The position numbers were made by a program, and so were the translations under genes. Below are positions 9,328 to 21,237 of a stretch of DNA of 64,000 nucleotides, in pieces; the stretch's first letter is position 1, and the number at the start of each line of letters is the position of its first letter. The notes beneath the pieces were generated by a model that was not told where the DNA came from, searched no databases, and saw only the letters and a program-made list of their open reading frames with translations. Source of the DNA: an uncultured Actinomycetota bacterium (GTDB taxonomy: Bacteria; Actinomycetota; Actinomycetes; JAHEKZ01); the NCBI GenBank assembly GCA_963743915.1, contig CAVURN010000005.1:192001-256000 (forward strand), in the 5' to 3' direction.

Positions 9328-9858
9328 CTAGCTGAGCGGGCAGCTCGCGTTGTTCAGTCCATCGAGGTAGGTGGCGTAGCCGATGATCTGGGCACGGTCA
9401 CCACTGTCGAGCACGCGTTGGATCTCCGACTGCATCGACGGTTGATCGTCAACCCCCTTGGTGAACCGACGCAGCGGGAAGTCGAGTGCGGCGTCAGCGT
9501 TCAGGTACGAGGCCACGGCGGCGCGCAGCAGGATCTGCGTAGCGCCGTTGAGGTCCGAGCCACCCCGAGCCTTGAGTGCCTGCAGCGCGGTCATCGTCTC
9601 GAAGTTGACCGTCGAGCTGCTGAAGCTGCCGGGGACGTCAACCCGCAGTGCGGCCTCGACGTCGCTATTGGGCCCGAAGTCGTCCGCCGTCTCACCCGTG
9701 CCGTCGTCGTAAGACTTCCAGTCCAGGTGGTTCTTCCAGAAGCCTGGAGTACAGCCTTCGCCGTACCCACCTTGGTTCGCGGACGCCGGTGCGGCGAACA
9801 CCATGCCTGCCGCCATCGCCAGTGCGGCGCCCATCGCCGCCATTCTCATCACGCGCAT
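9328..9858 (-). CDS. Secreted hypothetical protein with [10 protein letters not shown] motif
   Basis: Signal peptide ending PASA, GAAGGGGG RBS, Cys near both ends of the mature chain. Confidence 0.7.
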   Translation of the reverse strand: MRVMRMAAMGAALAMAAGMVFAAPASANQGGYGEGCTPGFWKNHLDWKSYDDGTGETADDFGPNSDVEAALRVDVPGSFSSSTVNFETMTALQALKARGGSDLNGATQILLRAAVASYLNADAALDFPLRRFTKGVDDQPSMQSEIQRVLDSGDRAQIIGYATYLDGLNNASCPLS

Positions 9859-10012
9859 GGATCCCCCTTCGGAATCGTCGGTCCCCGAGCTAGACCCATT
9901 CTGGTTGCGCTGCGTGACCATGTCGACCACCCGTGGCCGTCATTTCGCCAGAATTGATTACGGAGAGTGATCGACACCTCACCATGCGCACGTGGAAGCG
10001 CGAAGAGTGGTG

Positions 10013-12787
<2,775 letters not shown>

Positions 12788-12874
12788 GCGGGTCTCCGTC
12801 GTCGAGGGGCGGTGGGAAGCAGGGCCATCGTAATCAATTGGTGACCTCCTGCCGTCCCCCGGCAGGATGGGCGG

Positions 12875-13990
12875 ATGGAACCGATCACCCTGACCGACGG
12901 CGATCTGACACTGCGCCCGTGGGATGCCGACGACGTCGAGGCGGTCTTCACCGCCTGCCAGGACCCCGAGATCCAGCGGTGGACGACCATCCCCTCGCCC
13001 TACAGCCGCGAGGACGCCGAGTGGTTCGTCTCGACCAGCCCGGACCGGTGGGAGTCCGGCGAAGCGACCTTCGCCGCCGTGGACTCCACCACCGGAGCCC
13101 TCCTCGGCTCCTTCGGGATCGGCAGGTTCGATGCCGTCAGCGGCCCGGAGATCGGCTACTGGGTGTCAGCGGAGGCTCGGGGCAGGGGTGTCGCCACGCG
13201 CGCCGTTCGTCGCATGGCGCGATGGGCGTTCGAGGACATGGGCAGCGACCGCGTCGTGTGGAGGGCCTACGTCGGCAACGTCGGCAGCCGCGCCGTCGTC
13301 GAATCGGTCGGCTTCCGGGTCGAGGGCATCGAGCGGCGCGGGATCGTGCAGCGCGGGCAGCGTCGCGACAACTGGCTCGGTTCCCTCCTACCGGATGACC
13401 TGGCGAGGGCCGCGGCCGGCACGCCGCGCCCGCGCACGACGCTCGAGGGATGGCCCGACTCCGCGGTGACCCTGTCCACCCCCCGGCTGCTGCTGCGCCC
13501 CTACCGGGAGTCCGACGCAGAAGCCGTCCTCGCCTACGCGCTCGACCCAGAAGCCTCCCTCTGGGACCCCGAGGGAGTCGTCGACCTCGAGGACGCCGAA
13601 CGGCGGTGTCGAAGTCGCGCGGACTGGTCACACGGCAAGCACGCCGCCTGGGTCATCTCGACGCCGGCGGACGATGACGTGCTGGGCGGGATCCAGCTGC
13701 AGCTGATCGACCCCGAGAACGCCAACGCCGAGATCGGGTACGGCCTGCTGCCGCACGGGCGGGGCCACGGCTACGCCGCTGAAGCGCTGCAGCAGGTGAC
13801 CGAGTGGTCGTTCGGAACCCTGGCCCTGGAGCGGATCGGACTGATGCACGCGGTGGAGAACGAGGTCTCGTGCCGGGTGGCCGAGCAGGCCGGGTACCGA
13901 CTCGAGGGAACCCTGCGGAAGTCCCACCGATTCGGTGACGGACAGCTGCACGACGAGCACGTCCACGCACGACTGCGGAGCGACGTCTGA
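12875..13990 (+). CDS. Tandem RimJ/RimL-type GNAT acetyltransferase (two domains)
   Basis: Two copies of LRP...EIGY...RGRG.A...N..S..V.E..G.R.EG. Confidence 0.88.
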   Translation: MEPITLTDGDLTLRPWDADDVEAVFTACQDPEIQRWTTIPSPYSREDAEWFVSTSPDRWESGEATFAAVDSTTGALLGSFGIGRFDAVSGPEIGYWVSAEARGRGVATRAVRRMARWAFEDMGSDRVVWRAYVGNVGSRAVVESVGFRVEGIERRGIVQRGQRRDNWLGSLLPDDLARAAAGTPRPRTTLEGWPDSAVTLSTPRLLLRPYRESDAEAVLAYALDPEASLWDPEGVVDLEDAERRCRSRADWSHGKHAAWVISTPADDDVLGGIQLQLIDPENANAEIGYGLLPHGRGHGYAAEALQQVTEWSFGTLALERIGLMHAVENEVSCRVAEQAGYRLEGTLRKSHRFGDGQLHDEHVHARLRSDV

Positions 13991-13996
13991 CGGACG

Positions 13997-14023
13997 GTTT
14001 CCCCTTGCTTCGCCTGGGGAAAC
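13997..14023 (+). terminator. Stem-loop after GNAT gene
   Basis: gtttcccc...ggggaaac inverted repeat just after the stop. Confidence 0.5.
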
Positions 14024-14035
14024 GGCAGGTCACCC

Positions 14036-14057
14036 TGTCGGACCCCGGTGGCAGAGT
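14036..14057 (+). promoter_or_regulatory. PafBC/RecA-NDp-type promoter
   Basis: TGTCGG-N10-CAGAGT, 7 nt before ATG at 14065. Confidence 0.6.
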
Positions 14058-14064
14058 GGCCCCC

Positions 14065-15387
14065 ATGACCGACGCCGCCCGCACCATCTGCGACCAGGTC
14101 GCCGACATCGGTGACCGGGTCGCGGCCCTGCTCGCCGCCGTCGTGTCCACACCGAGGGTCGCGCCGTGCGGCGGTCCCGAGGGGTTGCCCACCGACGACC
14201 GGTTGCGCGCGCTGCTCGTCGGCCTCGAGGCGGTACGCAACGCCACCGAGGCGGCGCAGGCCGAGACGATGGCCGCGATGGCTCGCGAGGCTCAGGCGCT
14301 GGATCGGTCCGAGTCCGCGTCCGGCATGCGCGGCCACAGTCATGAGGAGTTCACGTCGGACGAGATCGCGGCCTTGCTGAGCTGCACCACGGTGGCAGCT
14401 GCCCACCGGTACGAGACCGCCTGCCGAGTGGCAGCCTTACATCCGGTGCGGCACGCCTGGCGTACGGGGCGGATCGACGGCCGGAAGGCTGCACTGATCT
14501 GTGAGCAGGTCGACCACCTTGCGCCGTCGACCCGAGACAGGGTGAGCGACGACGCCGTCGGCTACGGCTCGACTCACACCGTGCCGCAGCTGCGGGCGTG
14601 GCTGCGACGGCGGGTGATCGCCGCGGATCCTCACGCCGCCGAGGAGCGGCGTCGACGGGCCGTCGCCGATCGTCGGGTGGTGGTCATGCCGCGCGACGAC
14701 GGGGTCAGCGAGCTGTGGGCGTTGCTCCCGTCGGTCGACGCGCGACGGATTCAGCTCGCACTCACCGCTGCGGCGTCCGCCTTGGGCGCCGACGACGCAC
14801 GCACCATGGACCAGCGACGCGCGGACATCGCCGTCGACCTGCTGCTGGGCCGTAAGACACCTCCTTCCGTCGAGCTGCGGGTGGTCGTCTCCGAGGCCAG
14901 TCTCGAAGGCAGGTCGGGTGACCCCGCTGAGGTCGCCGGCCTGGGCGCGGTGACGAGCGGCGAGCTGGCGGGCCTGGGCATCGGTCTGCCGGCCACCGAA
15001 CAGATCACCCAGCAGGTCACCTGGCGACGGCTGGTGACCGACCCCATGGCCGGCACACTCATCGAGCTGGCTGAGAAGCGATACCGCCCCTCAGCGGCCC
15101 TCGAGCGGCACGTTCGCGCCCGTGACGTCACCTGCCGCTTCCCTGGCTGTCGGCGCTCTGCCGACGCCGCCGGCACCGACCTCGATCACACCGTGCCGTT
15201 CCCTGCTGGTGAGACTTCGGCCGGCAACCTCGCCGTCCTCTGCCGACGCCATCACCGCCTCAAGCACCAGGCAGGGTGGAGCGTGTCACTTGCAGCGGAT
15301 GGCGTGATGACGTGGACCACGCCGAGCGGTCGCACACTGGAGACCCACCCCTGGCAGTACACCGATCCACCACCCGACGACAGCTGA
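14065..15387 (+). CDS. DUF222/HNH endonuclease (13E12-repeat-like)
   Basis: DARTMDQRRAD, YRPSAALERHVRARDVTCRFPGC, DLDHTVPF, NLAVLCRRHHRLKH. Confidence 0.88.
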   Translation: MTDAARTICDQVADIGDRVAALLAAVVSTPRVAPCGGPEGLPTDDRLRALLVGLEAVRNATEAAQAETMAAMAREAQALDRSESASGMRGHSHEEFTSDEIAALLSCTTVAAAHRYETACRVAALHPVRHAWRTGRIDGRKAALICEQVDHLAPSTRDRVSDDAVGYGSTHTVPQLRAWLRRRVIAADPHAAEERRRRAVADRRVVVMPRDDGVSELWALLPSVDARRIQLALTAAASALGADDARTMDQRRADIAVDLLLGRKTPPSVELRVVVSEASLEGRSGDPAEVAGLGAVTSGELAGLGIGLPATEQITQQVTWRRLVTDPMAGTLIELAEKRYRPSAALERHVRARDVTCRFPGCRRSADAAGTDLDHTVPFPAGETSAGNLAVLCRRHHRLKHQAGWSVSLAADGVMTWTTPSGRTLETHPWQYTDPPPDDS

Positions 15388-15427
15388 TGCCAGGCGTTGG
15401 TGGACGGGCGTCCACCACTACGTTTGA

Positions 15428-15973
15428 GTGCGTGCCTTCCTCCGAGGCAATCCGACCCCCGACCTCACCCAGGGTGGGTTCGTCCTTCGTCCGTGGCGCT
15501 TCGACGTCGCCGATCTGGCCTTCGTCCGACAGGCAGCGGCGGACGCCGACATCGCCCGCTACTCGACGGTCGGCGCGGCTCACTCCTCAGCCGCTGCGGA
15601 GGCATGGCTGAGGGGTCGCGTGGCGCCCGATCGCTGCGACTGGGTGATGGAGGCCGACGCCGAACCGGTCGGCCGTGTCAGCATCGCCACCATCGACACC
15701 CAGACCCGGAGCGCAGAGCTTGGCTACTGGGTGCTCGCCAGGCACCGGCGCCGAGGCTACGCACGCGCTGGGGTGGCGGTCGCTACCCGCTACGCCGTCG
15801 ACCGGCTGGGGATGGGCAGCCTTCGGATCGAGCATGAGCGCGCCAACGACGCCTCATGTTCCCTGGCCACTGACGTCGGTTTCGGATCCTGTGCGCCCGC
15901 GTCCACGCCGACGCGCGTCGCGGGCACCCTGCGTCACCTGTGGGTGCACACGCGGACCTTCGACAGCCGCTGA
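15428..15973 (+). CDS. RimJ/RimL-type GNAT acetyltransferase
   Basis: AELGYWVLARHRRRGYA...NDASCSLA...GF. Confidence 0.75.
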   Translation: MRAFLRGNPTPDLTQGGFVLRPWRFDVADLAFVRQAAADADIARYSTVGAAHSSAAAEAWLRGRVAPDRCDWVMEADAEPVGRVSIATIDTQTRSAELGYWVLARHRRRGYARAGVAVATRYAVDRLGMGSLRIEHERANDASCSLATDVGFGSCAPASTPTRVAGTLRHLWVHTRTFDSR

Positions 15974-15975
15974 GG

Positions 15976-17202
15976 TCAGGGCAGCTGGGCCACGGCCTCG
16001 GCAAGCCGCGGCGCCAAGTCCCCACGGCGCTTCACCACGACATCGGCCAGGCCGAGCCAGTCGGCCATCCGGCGCAGCTCTGCCGCCAACCGCTCGGCTG
16101 TCTCCTGCGGGGCGCCCGGTTCGGACCAGGAGCTCTGCACGAGCAGCTGGCCGGTCGTCCGCTCGGCCTTGAGGTCGACGCGTGCCACAAGGGAGTCGTC
16201 AAGGAGGAAGGGCAGGACGTAGTAGCCGTGGACCCGCTTGGGCGCGGGGACGTAGATCTCGATCCGGTACCAGAACCCGAAGAGCCGCTCGGTCCGGTCG
16301 CGTTCCCAGACCACCGGGTCGAAGGGCGAGAGCAAGGCGGCCCCGCGGACCCAGCGCGGCAGCCTGACCCCCGGGTCGAGATAGGTGGGAGTGCGCCATC
16401 CCTCGACCTGGACGGGCAGCAGCTCGCCGGCCTCGACCAGCTCGGCGATCCGCGCCCTGGCATCCTGCGCAGGGAGTCGGTAGTAGTCGCGCAGGTCGCG
16501 GGCCGTCGCGACTCCGAGCGAGCGGATGGAGCGACGGAGCAGCTCGCGCTGAGCCTCCGCCCGCCCCGGTGTGGGTGCCGCGATGACCTCGGAGGGCAGC
16601 ACCCGGTCCGGCACGTCGTAGACGCGCTCGAAACCACGCCGCTCGCTGGTGGTGATCTCGCCCGCCCAGAACAGGTACTCGAGGGCGCGCTTGACGTCGG
16701 ACCAGTCCCACCACGGTCCGGTGCGCTTGGGCAGATGGCGATCGTGCCGTGCGCTGAGCTCGCCTGCGGTGAGCGGGCCGTCCGCACGGACGTCTGCCAG
16801 CAGCGTCTCGAGCAGCTTCGGCCGTTCCTCGGCAATCCGGCGCATGCCTCCCCACGCGTGGTGCTCCGCGTCGTCCATGCGCCACCGGAGCAACGGCTGC
16901 GTGTCGACCGGGAGGAGGCTGGCTTCATGGCCCCAGTACTCGAACAGCAATCGGGGCGGACGGTACGCGGCCCGGTCGAGCAGCTCCACCGGGTAGGGAC
17001 CCAGCCGGCTGAAGAGCGGGAGGTAGTGCGCCCGGGCAAGGACGTTGACCGAGTCGATCTGGAACAGACCGGTGCGTGAGAGCACCCGCCGCAAGGAGCG
17101 GCGGTCGGGCGCACCCTTGGGCGGCGGGTCGGTGAAGCCTTGCGCGGCCAGAGCGACCCGACGCGCCTGAGCGAGGGTCAGGAGCTCCGGGATGCGCGGC
17201 AT
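15976..17202 (-). CDS. YcaQ/AlkZ-family (HTH_42) crosslink-repair DNA glycosylase
   Basis: FQIDSVNVLARAHYLPLFSRLG (QxD motif), EYWGHEAS, LLSPFDP, YRIEIYVP, GYYVLPFL. Confidence 0.88.
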   Translation of the reverse strand: MPRIPELLTLAQARRVALAAQGFTDPPPKGAPDRRSLRRVLSRTGLFQIDSVNVLARAHYLPLFSRLGPYPVELLDRAAYRPPRLLFEYWGHEASLLPVDTQPLLRWRMDDAEHHAWGGMRRIAEERPKLLETLLADVRADGPLTAGELSARHDRHLPKRTGPWWDWSDVKRALEYLFWAGEITTSERRGFERVYDVPDRVLPSEVIAAPTPGRAEAQRELLRRSIRSLGVATARDLRDYYRLPAQDARARIAELVEAGELLPVQVEGWRTPTYLDPGVRLPRWVRGAALLSPFDPVVWERDRTERLFGFWYRIEIYVPAPKRVHGYYVLPFLLDDSLVARVDLKAERTTGQLLVQSSWSEPGAPQETAERLAAELRRMADWLGLADVVVKRRGDLAPRLAEAVAQLP

Positions 17203-17210
17203 GGCTCGGG

Positions 17211-17232
17211 AGCGTAGCCCCGACCTCCGACG
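17211..17232 (-). promoter_or_regulatory. PafBC/RecA-NDp-type promoter
   Basis: cGTCGG-N10-TACGCT on minus strand, 8 nt before the ATG of the ycaQ-like gene. Confidence 0.6.
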
Positions 17233-17233
17233 G

Positions 17234-17953
17234 TCAGGTGATCTCGAGCAGCTTCTCGCGCACGGCGTACACGACAGCCTCCATGCGCGAGTGGAGCTGG
17301 AGCTTTTCCAGGATGTTGCGGATGTGGTTCTTGACGGTGTTCTCCGAGATGAAGAGCTCGCGCGCGATGTCGCGGTTGTTCAGGCCGCGCGCGACGAGCT
17401 TGAGCACCTCGAGCTCACGCTCGGTGAGCCGTGGCGTCGGCACCTGCTGGGTGCGTTCGTGGGATCGCTTCGCCATCAGGGCGAACTCGGTCAGCAGCTT
17501 GCTCGCCATCGCGGGGCTGATCAGCGACTGGCCGTCGTGCACGGCACGCACCGCGGCCGCGACCTCGTCGATCGAGATCTCCTTCAGCAGGTAGCCGGTG
17601 GCTCCGGCCTTGATCGCCTCGTAGAGGTCGGCCTCTTCGTCACTGATGGTCAGCATGATGATGCGGGCGCTCGGTGCGACCTCCTTGATCGCCACGCACG
17701 CCTCGATGCCGGAGCCCTTGGGCATCCTCACGTCCAGCAGCACGACGTCGGGGAGCAGCTCGGCCGCTCGGTCGACCGCCGCCTCGGCGTCAGCGGCCTC
17801 ACCGACCACCTCGATGTCGGTCTCCTGGACCAGCACCATCTCGAGGCCACGGCGAAAGAGGGCGTGGTCGTCCACGACGAGCACCCGGATGGGGTCCTCA
17901 CGCCGTTCGCTGCGAGCTGCAGGGGGGACAGCCCCCTCGGTGTCCGCGGTCAT
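17234..17953 (-). CDS. NarL/LuxR-family response regulator
   Basis: VVDDH, LLDVRMP receiver; LTERELEVLKLVARGLNNRDIARELFISENTVKNH HTH. Confidence 0.93.
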   Translation of the reverse strand: MTADTEGAVPPAARSERREDPIRVLVVDDHALFRRGLEMVLVQETDIEVVGEAADAEAAVDRAAELLPDVVLLDVRMPKGSGIEACVAIKEVAPSARIIMLTISDEEADLYEAIKAGATGYLLKEISIDEVAAAVRAVHDGQSLISPAMASKLLTEFALMAKRSHERTQQVPTPRLTERELEVLKLVARGLNNRDIARELFISENTVKNHIRNILEKLQLHSRMEAVVYAVREKLLEIT

Positions 17954-18057
17954 CTGGTCATGATGGCACGGAATGCCCCCTTCGGGTCACCCATTCGGCC
18001 TAGTGGACCACCCGGAAGGACCAGAACTCCTACCGCCATGGGCTAAGCCCGACCCGG

Positions 18058-18678
18058 TCAGGACGCTGTGGCTCCCGCTGCCGCCGCCTCGACCTCGAGG
18101 TGCAGGACTCCGTAGTCGTACCCCTTGCGTCGGTAGACGACGCTCGGGGTGTCGGTCTCGGCGTCGTGGAAGAGGAAGAAGTCGTGCCCGACGAGCTCCA
18201 TCTCGTACAGCGCCTGGTCGAGCGTCATCGCCGGAGCCCGGTGTGTCTTCTCCCGGACCAGGAACGGACCTTCCGGCCCCGACTCCCCGGCGGCCTCAGC
18301 CGCAGCTTCTTCGACCATTCCCGCCGTCGGGGACGCCGCGTGGATGCGCTCGGTGATCGCTCGTCCTTTGCGACGATGGTCGCCGCGACGCTCCGCCGCG
18401 CGGCGGAGCCGTTCGACGAGCCGACCGTAGGCGACGTCGAGCGCTGCATACTTCTCGTCGGCAGAGGCCTCCGCACGGATCACGGGACCTTTGCCATGGC
18501 AGGTGAGCTCGACCCGCACGGCGTGGTCAGCGAGCCGCGGGTTCTGCTCGGCGGACACCTCCACGTCGACGCGGTGGCACTTCCCGTCGTAGCGCTCGAT
18601 CTTCGTCAACTTCTCGGACACGTGCTCGCGAAAGCGGTCCGACACCTCGATGTGACGTCCCCGTACGACGATTTCCAT
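18058..18678 (-). CDS. hpf: Ribosome hibernation promoting factor (long form)
   Basis: MEIVVRGRH...VELTC.GKGPVIRAEA; C-terminal QALYEMELVGHDFFLF...VVYRRKGYDYG. Confidence 0.93.
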   Translation of the reverse strand: MEIVVRGRHIEVSDRFREHVSEKLTKIERYDGKCHRVDVEVSAEQNPRLADHAVRVELTCHGKGPVIRAEASADEKYAALDVAYGRLVERLRRAAERRGDHRRKGRAITERIHAASPTAGMVEEAAAEAAGESGPEGPFLVREKTHRAPAMTLDQALYEMELVGHDFFLFHDAETDTPSVVYRRKGYDYGVLHLEVEAAAAGATAS

Positions 18679-18759
18679 GACCCGCCCCTTCGTTGGACCG
18701 GCCCCGGCTGCCCGGGGAGGCTCGGCTCTCGGAACCGAGCTGTGCTCTCACCACGAACG

Positions 18760-19449
18760 CTAGCCCAGCCGCGTGGTGCGGGCGACACCCCATCGGGGTG
18801 AGACGGATGCCACGACCGCGGCCCCCACCACGCGGCAGCCCGCCGCCTCGAGGGCCCGGTGCGCCTCGTCGAGGGTGGCACCCGTCGTGACGATGTCGTC
18901 GACGACGACCACCGAGGCGCCAGCTCGCGTGACGCGCGCGGCCCGCATGGCCCCGATCATGTTGGCGGCACGCTCCTCGGCACCCAGGCCGCCCTGGTCG
19001 GCGACCGACCGCTGCCAGCGCAGCACCGGGCCGCCACTCACCGAGTCGGGGCACCAGCGGGCTGCCGCACGAGCGAGTCGCCGGGCGTGGTCGTGACCGC
19101 GCCCGCGGACGGCAGTGCCTCGGGAGGGAGCCGAGACCAGGTGGACGCCACCGTCCCGTCGCTCCACACGAGCGTCTGCCAGCAGCGTGCTCAGCCCGGA
19201 CGCGGCCAGCCGTCCCAGCGGACCTGCCAGTGACAGCTGGGAGTGCTCTTTGTGCGCGAGGATGGCCGAGCGCACCGGGCCCTCGTAGTCGGCGGCGGCA
19301 TGGACCAGGTGCCCCCGGGGGGTCCGCACCACGTGGGGGTCGTACACCTCGCGGACGCACGCCTCGCACCAAGGGCGACCGGGGCTGCCGCACTGCAGGC
19401 AGCGCCGACCGAGGGCGAGGTCGCCCAGGGAGACCCAGAGTGGTGTCAT
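18760..19449 (-). CDS. comF: ComF-family phosphoribosyltransferase-like protein
   Basis: CLQC...WCEAC zinc finger, RGHDH, VVVDDIVTTGAT. Confidence 0.88.
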   Translation of the reverse strand: MTPLWVSLGDLALGRRCLQCGSPGRPWCEACVREVYDPHVVRTPRGHLVHAAADYEGPVRSAILAHKEHSQLSLAGPLGRLAASGLSTLLADARVERRDGGVHLVSAPSRGTAVRGRGHDHARRLARAAARWCPDSVSGGPVLRWQRSVADQGGLGAEERAANMIGAMRAARVTRAGASVVVVDDIVTTGATLDEAHRALEAAGCRVVGAAVVASVSPRWGVARTTRLG

Positions 19450-19512
19450 CCGGACACTGTGCCGACGGGGCGTCATCGGCCGCCGCCTCTTCGGTCAGGT
19501 GTGGACGAGCCT

Positions 19513-21237
19513 CTACCCGGGGTAGGCGGGATCGCGCCCTCGACCGACGGTGCGCCACCCCGTCTCGACGTACTCGGCGATCTCGTTCTCCGCGGTGCCG
19601 GCCAGGATCAGCTGGTTCGGCGCAGCCGTGATCTCCTTCACCGATGCGAGCGAGATGCCAGTGACGGGTTCCACCGTCCCGTTCACGAAGACCGTCGTCG
19701 GCTCGAGCGCCGAGCCTCTGGTCCCCCCGACCACGACGAGACGATCCGCTCCGGCCCACGACAGCGCACTGACGTCGACCAACGTGAGCTCCACGGGTCG
19801 GAACGCCTCGACTTTGGTGTCCCGGCCCGAGCGCACGATGCGTCCGATGAGCAGTCGGCCCTGTCCCCGCTGGTCGCGCACGACCACGGCGACCCGGGTG
19901 CCGTCGACCGAGACCCGGAAACCGGTCAGGCGTCCTGCGATCGGGGGGAAGGTCACCTGCCGCCACGGTCCGGCGTCGACCGACCGCGACACCTGCGGCA
20001 CCTCGGCTCCGGTGTCGACCACCCACACATCACCCTGACCGTCCACCGACGCGGGCAGCAGGCGCCTCCCGGAGATCTGTCGCGCGACGCCGTCCGAGAC
20101 GAAGGGGGTGGTGAGCCACAAGGTCCGGGCGTCAGCACTCAACCCCGTGACCACCGACCCGTCCCAGGACTGCGAGGGGCTCCGCACCTCGCGGTCACCA
20201 CTTCCCAGCACCCCTTCGGTGGGGACGGGGTCGCCGTCATCGCTCCAGGAGCTGACCGTCCCTCCCTTCACGAACAGCGCACCGAGCGCCGACACCAAGG
20301 CGTCCGAGTCGTACGTCGCCCAGGTGTCGGCATCCATCACCGCCGGCGCGGTGGGGAGCTGCAGCGGGTTGCCCTCGACACTGATCGTCACCCCGGTGAC
20401 CTCGGGGATCTGGAGCATCGTCATCGTCACCTGGGCAGCCGCGAGCTCGCGATCCTGCACACCCGTGTCGAGGAAGTCTGTGGACAGATCGACCTGAGCG
20501 ACGCCGTTCTCGACGGGCACCGAGCTGACGACCAACGAGGTCCCCACGGGAATCGTGCTCTGCACCGCGGGCCGCAGCCAACGGGTCGGCCCGTCGAGCA
20601 GGGCGCGCATCAGGCTGGTGGTGCTACCGGCCTGCTCCAGCGGGATGTACACGGGGTCGGGGACCAGGAGCGAGCCGTCAGGGTTGAAGAAGAAGGTGTT
20701 GAACGCGCGGTACGCGCGTTCAACGTCGAACCGGTTGAGCAGGAGACCCTGCGGCAGGTGCCCGATCCGCCACTCACCGTCCACCCGCTGCAGCTGGAAC
20801 GAGCGCTGGATGGGGATCCCGGCCTCGGGGGTGAGAGCGCCGTCGACCCCGATGGTGCCCACCTGACGCGCAGACATCAGCACTCGACTGGCCTCCCGGC
20901 GCAGCTCGTACCCCGGGATGTCGTCGATGACGGTCACCCCGGCGTTGGGGTCCCACCGGGTGGACGCCGCCGGGGTCAGGAAGAGGCGGGCCACCGCGTG
21001 GTCGTTCTCGAAGCTGGCCGACGCCGACAGGAACCCGTTGACGACCTCTTCCGGCGTGGCACCGCTCGCGGGAGCGCGCGGGAGCACCCGGACGATCGGG
21101 TCGTCGGCAGCTGCGCGCACCTGGTCACCGCGCTCCACCGGACCGCTGGTGGGCAGCTCCGCGCACCCGACCGTCACGGTGGCGAGGAGCGCCACCAGCA
21201 GCAGGCGGCGGATCCCGGTCCTCGAGGACCTAGCCAT
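19513..21237 (-). CDS. lpqB: Lipoprotein LpqB (GerMN + beta-propeller)
   Basis: Lipobox VGC, LPTSGPV, ALLDGPTRWL; downstream of mtrAB. Confidence 0.9.
   Translation of the reverse strand: MARSSRTGIRRLLLVALLATVTVGCAELPTSGPVERGDQVRAAADDPIVRVLPRAPASGATPEEVVNGFLSASASFENDHAVARLFLTPAASTRWDPNAGVTVIDDIPGYELRREASRVLMSARQVGTIGVDGALTPEAGIPIQRSFQLQRVDGEWRIGHLPQGLLLNRFDVERAYRAFNTFFFNPDGSLLVPDPVYIPLEQAGSTTSLMRALLDGPTRWLRPAVQSTIPVGTSLVVSSVPVENGVAQVDLSTDFLDTGVQDRELAAAQVTMTMLQIPEVTGVTISVEGNPLQLPTAPAVMDADTWATYDSDALVSALGALFVKGGTVSSWSDDGDPVPTEGVLGSGDREVRSPSQSWDGSVVTGLSADARTLWLTTPFVSDGVARQISGRRLLPASVDGQGDVWVVDTGAEVPQVSRSVDAGPWRQVTFPPIAGRLTGFRVSVDGTRVAVVVRDQRGQGRLLIGRIVRSGRDTKVEAFRPVELTLVDVSALSWAGADRLVVVGGTRGSALEPTTVFVNGTVEPVTGISLASVKEITAAPNQLILAGTAENEIAEYVETGWRTVGRGRDPAYPG

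Noticed and set aside
14065-15387. Active transposon around the DUF222/HNH gene
   Set aside because: No terminal repeats or target duplication seen by eye; single copy in the window
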